Shown here piece after piece: positions 36,366 through 42,292 of a stretch of 42,292 bases of DNA. Under the pieces are notes generated by a model. It ran no database searches and was not told the origin of the DNA. It saw nothing but the letters and a program-made list of their open reading frames with translations. The DNA comes from a virus. Taxonomy: Duplodnaviria; Caudoviricetes. The position numbers and the translations under genes were made by a program. Where the stretch lies: the IMG/VR virus record IMGVR_UViG_3300032212_000613, positions 1 through 42,292 of that record; one strand, given 5' to 3'. Numbering within the stretch: the first letter of the stretch is position 1; every line of letters starts with the position of its first letter.

Positions 36366-38695
36366 TGCTCGCTGCCGTCACCCTTGTCAGAAATCCGTTC
36401 TATCCGGAGCGGGACCGGGAGGTGTGTCCGGTCTTAAGCCCTGTCACGGTACGCGGGTGGCTCGACGCTCAGGGCATCAATGAATTTGATCGACCGACGA
36501 TCTGCCTCTTTAACGGCCAGGCTGTTTTGAGGGCTGATTGGAAAACCAGGCTCATCAATGACAATGACGTGGTCGCTTTCGTGACCTTGCCTCAAGGAGG
36601 CGGCGGTGGAGGCGGTGGGGGAAAGAACCCGCTACGCACAGTCCTATCCATCGCGGTCATGGTAGCGTCCTTTGCTCTTGGCGGCCCTCTGGGCGCGGCC
36701 ATGGGTATTTCGGCCAATGCCGGGGCGGCTCTGGGTATTGGTGCAGGCGTTCTCCAACAAGCCATCGGCGGGGCGATTATTTCGTTGGCAGGGATGGCGT
36801 TGATGAATGCCGTCGTGCCTGCGCCTAAGCCATCTGTGCCGTCGTTGAGTTTTGGATCCGTCGGTGCGCCACCGGCACCCAGTCCGACTTACTCTTTGTC
36901 GGCGCAAGGCAACGAGGCTCGCCTCGGCCAGCCGATCCCGGTTCTTTATGGCCGCCATCTGATTTATCCCGATCTTGCGACCCAGCCCTATCAGGAATTT
37001 GTGAATAATGAGCAGTACCTATTTCAGCTCCATGTGATTGGCCAGGGTGAGTTTGACTTGGAGCAGGTTCGCATTGAGGACACGCCCATTAAGTCTTTCG
37101 AAGAGGTGGAGACTGAGATCGTTGGGCCCGGTGGCAGTGTCACATTGTTTGAAACCGATGTGGTCACCGCGCCTGAGGTCGCCGGACAGGAACTGCGCAG
37201 CACCGGCGATGGTGGGGACTGGGTTGGACCATTTACAGCCAATCCTGCCGAGACCAAAGCCGGTCATATCGGCATCGATGTGGTCTTCGCCAGGGGGCTC
37301 TATTACGCCAATGACAGTGGTGGGCTGGATACCCGTAGTGCCCAATGGGAGGTTCAGGCCCGGACCATTGATGATGAAGGTCTGCCGATCGGTGAGTGGG
37401 CATCGCTGGGCACAGAGAGCTATACAGCTTCAACCAATTCAGCTCTCAGGCTCAGCTATAAATACGTCGTTCCGTCCGGGCGCTATGAAGTGCGAATGGT
37501 CCGCCTTGATGCGATTGATACCTCATCGCGTACTGGACATGAACTGCGCTGGGGCGCTGTGCGCTCATATCTGGAAGGCACACCGGATTTTGGCAATGTA
37601 ACGCTATTGGCCGTCAAAATGCGGGCGACCGATAACCTGTCTCAACGATCATCACGCATGATCAACTGTGTGGTCACCCGTAAGCTCTCGATTTGGACCT
37701 CTGAAGCCGGATGGTCATCGCCTGAACCTACACGTTCCATTGCTTGGGCTTTTGCCGATGCATGTCGGGCGTCTTACGGCGCTGGGTTGGCTGAGACCCG
37801 AATGGACCTTCAGGCATTGACAGTATTAGATCAAACCTGGTCGGCAAGGGGTGATACCTTCGATGGTGTTTTCGACAGCACCATGACGGTCTGGGAAGCC
37901 CTGATCCGTATTGCCCGTTGTGGTCGGGCCGTTCCCGTATTGCAGGGGGGGGTGGTGCGGCTATTTCGGGATGCGCGGCAGACCTTGCCCGTGGCCATGT
38001 TCAGTTCCCGCAATATCGTCAAAGGCTCATTCAAGATTCAATACATCATGCCAGGTGATGATACGGCGGATGCTGTGACCGTGGAGTTTTTCAATTCCCG
38101 GACATGGAACCCCGACGAGGTCACATCCAGTCTTCCGGATAGTGCAGCAGAAAAACCAGCCAAGGTGATGCTGTTTGGTTGCACCAATGAACCCCAAGCC
38201 AAACGCGAAGGGCTCTACATGGCGGCGGACAATCGTTATCGTCGAAAGCTCGTCTCTTGGCAGACAGAACTGGATGGTCTGATCCCGACCTATGGTGACC
38301 TGGTGGCTGTCACGCATGATATGCCGCGATGGGGACAGGGTGGTGAAGTGGTTTCGTGGGATCCGGAAACTGAAATTTTGGAAGTGTCAGAGCCGTTGGA
38401 TTGGTCGGAGGGAGTCGATCACTACATCGCCTTGCGCCGTCGCGATGGCAGCCCAGCCGGGCCGTTTAAGGTTCAGGCGAATGGCGATGACATGAGATCT
38501 TTGAGCCTCATGGAAGCGCTGGATTTCGTGCCTTACACCGGCACGGCAGAAGAGCGCAGCCACTTTGCCTTCGGACCCGGGGAAGCCTGGAGTGCCAAGG
38601 CGCGTGTGATTGCTGTCAGACCTCGTGGTGAGCAGGTCGAGATTACGGCAGTCGGTGAGGATGTTCGTGTCCACGAGGCCGATCTAGCCGCCTGA
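36365..38695 (+). CDS. Tail tip / host-specificity protein (gpI + gpJ-like fusion)
   Basis: Ubiquitin-like N-terminus ending PQGGGGGGGGKNPL, NEARLGQPIPVLYG, TRSIAWA, GDLVAVTHD; TGATG overlap. Confidence 0.88.
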   Translation: MLAAVTLVRNPFYPERDREVCPVLSPVTVRGWLDAQGINEFDRPTICLFNGQAVLRADWKTRLINDNDVVAFVTLPQGGGGGGGGGKNPLRTVLSIAVMVASFALGGPLGAAMGISANAGAALGIGAGVLQQAIGGAIISLAGMALMNAVVPAPKPSVPSLSFGSVGAPPAPSPTYSLSAQGNEARLGQPIPVLYGRHLIYPDLATQPYQEFVNNEQYLFQLHVIGQGEFDLEQVRIEDTPIKSFEEVETEIVGPGGSVTLFETDVVTAPEVAGQELRSTGDGGDWVGPFTANPAETKAGHIGIDVVFARGLYYANDSGGLDTRSAQWEVQARTIDDEGLPIGEWASLGTESYTASTNSALRLSYKYVVPSGRYEVRMVRLDAIDTSSRTGHELRWGAVRSYLEGTPDFGNVTLLAVKMRATDNLSQRSSRMINCVVTRKLSIWTSEAGWSSPEPTRSIAWAFADACRASYGAGLAETRMDLQALTVLDQTWSARGDTFDGVFDSTMTVWEALIRIARCGRAVPVLQGGVVRLFRDARQTLPVAMFSSRNIVKGSFKIQYIMPGDDTADAVTVEFFNSRTWNPDEVTSSLPDSAAEKPAKVMLFGCTNEPQAKREGLYMAADNRYRRKLVSWQTELDGLIPTYGDLVAVTHDMPRWGQGGEVVSWDPETEILEVSEPLDWSEGVDHYIALRRRDGSPAGPFKVQANGDDMRSLSLMEALDFVPYTGTAEERSHFAFGPGEAWSAKARVIAVRPRGEQVEITAVGEDVRVHEADLAA

Positions 38696-38718
38696 AATTT
38701 AATTCAAGGAGAAAGCCT

Positions 38719-39009
38719 ATGAACTGTCCTTCAACGAAGGACGGGCATGTCGTCATGCCTGAGGAAGAATTTGAGCAACTGCTCGAGTTGGCCGCCGAGC
38801 GTGGTGCGAAGCGGGCGCTGGCGGATGTTGGCCTGGTCGATGAAGAAGCAGCTGGTGATATCCGTGATCTTCGCTCCCTGCTTGGTGCTTTGCGTGTGGC
38901 CAAGCATACCGCCTGGTCGACCATTGTTCGCCTCGTCACCACAGGGGTTTTGATCGCCCTGATGGCGGGGGTGGCCATAAAACTCAAACTGTTTGGGGGA
39001 GGTCACTGA
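38719..39009 (+). CDS. DUF6127-like small membrane protein (lysis cassette)
   Basis: AAERGAKRALADVGL...DIRDLRSLL plus C-terminal TM helix; AAGGAG RBS. Confidence 0.8.
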   Translation: MNCPSTKDGHVVMPEEEFEQLLELAAERGAKRALADVGLVDEEAAGDIRDLRSLLGALRVAKHTAWSTIVRLVTTGVLIALMAGVAIKLKLFGGGH

Positions 39010-39404
39010 TGCCTGCATTCTCCGAAAAATCCATCGCCAAGCTTTCCACCTGTCACCCGCTCTTGCAGCGGGTTTTTCATGAGGTGGTGCGGGAATTTGA
39101 TTGCACCATCCTTGAAGGACATCGAGATAAGGATCGCCAAAACCAGATGGTTGCTGAAGGAAAAAGCCAGGTTCAATGGCCTGACGGAAAACACAATACG
39201 GTCCCGTCTCTAGCCGTGGACGTAACGCCTTATCCCATCAAATGGGACGATCGAGAACGACAGACATTGTTCGCGGGTTATGTCCTGGCCACCGCCAAGA
39301 CCATCGGTGTCACTTTGCGCTGGGGTGGGGATTGGGATCGTGACACTGAGGTCCGCGACAACAGTTTTGATGACCTTGTCCATTTTGAAATCGTGGAGGA
39401 CTGA
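39009..39404 (+). CDS. Endolysin, M15 family Zn peptidase (L-Ala-D-Glu type)
   Basis: EGHR...Q...GKS...KH...SLAVD...RWGGDW...DLVHFE. Confidence 0.88.
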   Translation: MPAFSEKSIAKLSTCHPLLQRVFHEVVREFDCTILEGHRDKDRQNQMVAEGKSQVQWPDGKHNTVPSLAVDVTPYPIKWDDRERQTLFAGYVLATAKTIGVTLRWGGDWDRDTEVRDNSFDDLVHFEIVED

Positions 39405-39407
39405 GCC

Positions 39408-39818
39408 ATGTTGGATAAATTGATAGGTGGAGGCCTTGTCACTGCTGCAGAAGGTGTTGCCAATATTATCGATCGCTTTGTTGAAACCGATGAGGAAAAA
39501 CAAGCGGCTGATCTGATCAAGGCAAAGCTGATGATGAAGCCCAGTCTGGCCCAAATTGAACTCAACAAGGTTGAGGCTGGACACCGTTCTATCTTTGTTG
39601 CCGGTTGGCGTCCCTTTATCGGCTGGGTCTGCGGGCTCGCCCTTCTTTGGCACTTTATCCTGTTCGATCTGCTGACTTGGGTGACTGTGAATTTCTTCCC
39701 CCATGTATCCGAATTGCCAGAGCTCACTGGGACGGAGACGCTGGTTACTGTTCTATTGTCGCTGCTCGGCTTGGGGGCCATGCGGACGGTAGAAAAGTTT
39801 GGGGGGAGGGCAAAGTAA
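39408..39818 (+). CDS. 3TM-type holin
   Basis: QIELNKVEA...FVAGWRPFIGWVC...LLGLGAMRTVEK. Confidence 0.88.
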   Translation: MLDKLIGGGLVTAAEGVANIIDRFVETDEEKQAADLIKAKLMMKPSLAQIELNKVEAGHRSIFVAGWRPFIGWVCGLALLWHFILFDLLTWVTVNFFPHVSELPELTGTETLVTVLLSLLGLGAMRTVEKFGGRAK

Positions 39819-39898
39819 GAAAAATTTTCTTAATAGCTTGAAAACAATGAATAAACGAGCGTGTATCGAGTGTCGAAATCTTGAGCAGGTAAAACTAC

Positions 39899-40198
39899 AT
39901 GACGAAACGATTCACAACAAAAATTGTCGAAGATATTGTCTCTGAAGGAGTCAGTGATCGCGAGATATCCCAACTATTGGATATAGCGGCTTACGCTGTG
40001 GAATCCATTGCTCCTACGCTTGCAAAAACGGCTAGTTTCGATATGTCTGATTTTTCATTGGCAAAACAGCGCGGTGTCATAGGCTATAAGCTGCTCTTAA
40101 CTCGAGAAAAAACAAAGGGGCACGAAAGTTGGATTGCAGCGTTTAAAAGCGGGGACAAAAGTGTAAGGATTATGTTGGTTGTATCAACGCAAGGTTAA
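39899..40198 (+). CDS. Hypothetical protein
   Basis: 99 aa, CAGGT RBS-like site, more AT-rich than the phage core. Confidence 0.55.
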   Translation: MTKRFTTKIVEDIVSEGVSDREISQLLDIAAYAVESIAPTLAKTASFDMSDFSLAKQRGVIGYKLLLTREKTKGHESWIAAFKSGDKSVRIMLVVSTQG

Positions 40199-41133
40199 AA
40201 ATCCGGTGGTAAATCCCAATCCTTAGGACGAGGATCTTCCGTTTGATGGAATTGCCGAACCAGTTTTAGAAATTGAAGGAAATCCTTATTCTCCTCTGTA
40301 AGACGATTGCAGGTTGCCCAGTCTACTTCAAGCCTCTCTCGTGCGGGGATCAATATTTGGCTTTCAGTCGGGTTTTCCGGGTCGATTTGGATCAATCCGA
40401 TGCCATGTAATGAAAAGAGCATTCGTAACTCCTTCAATGTGTCTGTGCCTTCGATCTCTGCGGCTGCAAGATATCCAAAATTTGCCCATGACGAATTTGA
40501 GACTGCCTGAAAAAAAGACTCACGGACGTTAGATCGATTTAGAAGAATTTTTACTTCAAACGACCAGAGCTTGGTTTTCTTATCGGCATATTCTTTGACC
40601 AGATCCTTTACTTCCTGATGCCAGTCGGCTGTCAGGTTCTCCATTCCTACAATGTCGGGGTAAAGCCATTTGTTGCCTTTTGGGCCATGCCTATTAGATG
40701 ATCTCTTTTCATCGATCCGCTTGGAGTAAACACTAAACTCAGACCACAGGTACTCGGAAAGCAAAGGGTATAGATCAGCTTCTTTCAGCGTCCCGCTTCC
40801 GGCTGCTAGGGATTGGGATGTACTTGTTTCTTCCGCCTCAGCAACTTCAGCTTGGTCAGTTTTTTCTGTCCAGTAGTATTGCCGAGGCCGCCCTTCCGTC
40901 GTTTTTAGTTGAGAATCTCGCCGTTGTAACGACGGGCGCTGAGAGGCAATCTCACGAATAATCTGCTGCACGAGGTCGTCATCAGTTTGGATAGATGCGC
41001 TATTTTCTTTCTTTTCCTGACACTCGGCAGGAAAATTCTCAAATACCCACTGAGCTATTTGGCGAGCAGTAAACTTTTGTTCTGCGCGCTCAGATAAAAA
41101 TCCGACAACCGTCTTAGCAAGATTTAGTCCCAT
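40195..41133 (-). CDS. hrgA: HrgA/COG2958-like protein (N-terminal HTH + restriction endonuclease-like domain)
   Basis: EADLYP...IDEKRS...NKWLYPDIVG...SFEVK...FQAVSNSSWANFGYL. Confidence 0.8.
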   Translation of the reverse strand: MGLNLAKTVVGFLSERAEQKFTARQIAQWVFENFPAECQEKKENSASIQTDDDLVQQIIREIASQRPSLQRRDSQLKTTEGRPRQYYWTEKTDQAEVAEAEETSTSQSLAAGSGTLKEADLYPLLSEYLWSEFSVYSKRIDEKRSSNRHGPKGNKWLYPDIVGMENLTADWHQEVKDLVKEYADKKTKLWSFEVKILLNRSNVRESFFQAVSNSSWANFGYLAAAEIEGTDTLKELRMLFSLHGIGLIQIDPENPTESQILIPARERLEVDWATCNRLTEENKDFLQFLKLVRQFHQTEDPRPKDWDLPPDF

Positions 41134-41149
41134 AGTATTTTCAATTCCC

Positions 41150-42292
41150 TCAATTTGGCCCGGTCGCTGAATGGTTCTCTGATTTTACACCAGCTTTGGT
41201 GTTCCCAGTTTCTTTTGAGGAACCTCCCAGCTGGTCATAAATCTGACTGCCCAGCCACTTTGAAACCAGCTCCTGTAAGTCGGGTTTGCTCATGTAGTCG
41301 GTAAACAACTCCTCGTTTAGCTCCATGCGTTCGATGAAAAGAGATTCAAGAACTTCGCTAAAAACCAGCTGAAATTTGTCGAGAGAATTTACCTCTGCAG
41401 CCCTGCGTAAGGTCTCATTTTGGCTAGCTGCTTCAGCAATTTGGTCAAAGAAAAGCTGGTCCGCTTCCGTCAGTTCGCCGCCAAAACGTTCATTGATAAG
41501 GTCGACCAGTCGGGACAATGGAACGTCTTCATCTCTTGCCATCCCCGTGCCGACCTCTCGTGGTCCGTCGAGCGGCGTAGCCTGACCTTCTTGTAATTTT
41601 ATGGACCCCTCACTTATCTTTTGCAGACGGTAGTAATCCAGTTCAACCTCTTCGTCGAATTGGTAACCTGGGCCGTTTGGTCGTTTGGGTAGTTTCAACG
41701 CCAGGTGTCGTAGGTAGGTAAACAGTTTCTCCAGATCACTATCCTGATACGGGATTACCTGACTCAAGAAGCTGTAAAGATTGCGAAAAGCCTGAGTTTT
41801 GCCGCGCCACAACTCGCTTTCTTCTTCGTCATTGTTTTGCATATCTGCAAAACGCGCCACAGCCTGATCAAGAATGGCGTTCATATTCTTATGGTCAGTT
41901 GGACTCTGACGACGTTTGGGAGCGAAGAAAATTTGAACGAACGCATCCACCTCTGTTTCCAGGTATATTCCCGAAGCGTCCAACTCGGCCTTGATCTCGT
42001 AAAGCCGATCTGAATCGACTTCTTCACCCATCACCGAACCTTCATAATACTGTCGGAATGCCTCCTGAATCTCGTCAGGGTCGTTTACGAAATCCAGAAC
42101 AAAGGTGTCGTCCTTCAGCGGATGTGTTCGGTTGAGGCGTGACAAGGTCTGCACGGCTTGAATTCCCGCCAGTCGTTTGTCGACATACATGGTATGCAAT
42201 AAGGGTTGATCAAAACCAGTTTGGTATTTTTCCGCCACCAGCAGCACACGGTACTCTGGCTTGGCAAAAGTCTCCGGCAATTCTTTCTCTTT
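41150..42292 (-). CDS. hsdR: Type I restriction enzyme R subunit, C-terminal part (5' end outside window)
   Basis: LLVAEKYQTGFDQPLLHTMYVDK...AVQTLSRLNR...FVLDFVN. Confidence 0.92.
   Translation of the reverse strand, partial: KEKELPETFAKPEYRVLLVAEKYQTGFDQPLLHTMYVDKRLAGIQAVQTLSRLNRTHPLKDDTFVLDFVNDPDEIQEAFRQYYEGSVMGEEVDSDRLYEIKAELDASGIYLETEVDAFVQIFFAPKRRQSPTDHKNMNAILDQAVARFADMQNNDEEESELWRGKTQAFRNLYSFLSQVIPYQDSDLEKLFTYLRHLALKLPKRPNGPGYQFDEEVELDYYRLQKISEGSIKLQEGQATPLDGPREVGTGMARDEDVPLSRLVDLINERFGGELTEADQLFFDQIAEAASQNETLRRAAEVNSLDKFQLVFSEVLESLFIERMELNEELFTDYMSKPDLQELVSKWLGSQIYDQLGGSSKETGNTKAGVKSENHSATGPN

Larger units (their letters stand above)
154..40198. mobile_element. Prophage (lambda-like head/tail, cos packaging) next to tRNA-fMet; boundaries approximate
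   Basis: Contiguous regulation, replication, packaging, head, tail and lysis modules; right end inferred from the switch to convergent HrgA/hsdR genes. Confidence 0.88.

Noticed and set aside
37945-37952. G8 tract in the tail tip gene as a phase-variation site
   Set aside because: Short, in frame (Gln-Gly-Gly-Val) and in an essential gene; no supporting evidence
18364-39818. Gene transfer agent cluster
   Set aside because: Linked replication module, cos site and long tape measure fit a true prophage rather than a GTA

Overview
The window starts with an initiator tRNA-Met (77-153). Next comes what looks like a near-complete, about 40 kb temperate prophage with lambda-like siphovirus morphogenesis genes; the likely alphaproteobacterial host is an inference. 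Order of modules: (i) a divergent XRE-HTH + ImmA/IrrE (CapH/CapP-like) regulator pair facing a three-gene operon of unknown function (mini thermonuclease, 390-aa protein, 314-aa winged-helix protein), then an Xre/RES toxin-antitoxin pair; (ii) an early recombination/replication operon (excisionase-like HTH, Sak4-like ATPase, SSB-like, SF2 helicase, Cas4-like exonuclease, primase-helicase, putative ori, RuvC-like resolvase, late regulator); (iii) a lambda-like cos site, ParB-methyltransferase, a small antisense moron, terminase, portal, protease-capsid fusion and tail genes, with a DinJ/YafQ pair inserted antisense, a -1 frameshifting tail chaperone and an unusual five-gene adsorption cassette; (iv) lysis genes; (v) a convergent HrgA-like gene and the 3' part of a type I hsdR. 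I found no integrase, CI-type autocleaving repressor, spanin or attR copy in the window. The best candidate for an undescribed system is the CapH/CapP-like-controlled operon at 2407-4843 together with the phased CCT(A/C)CC repeats in front of the early operon. All family calls come from motif recognition and gene order, not database searches.
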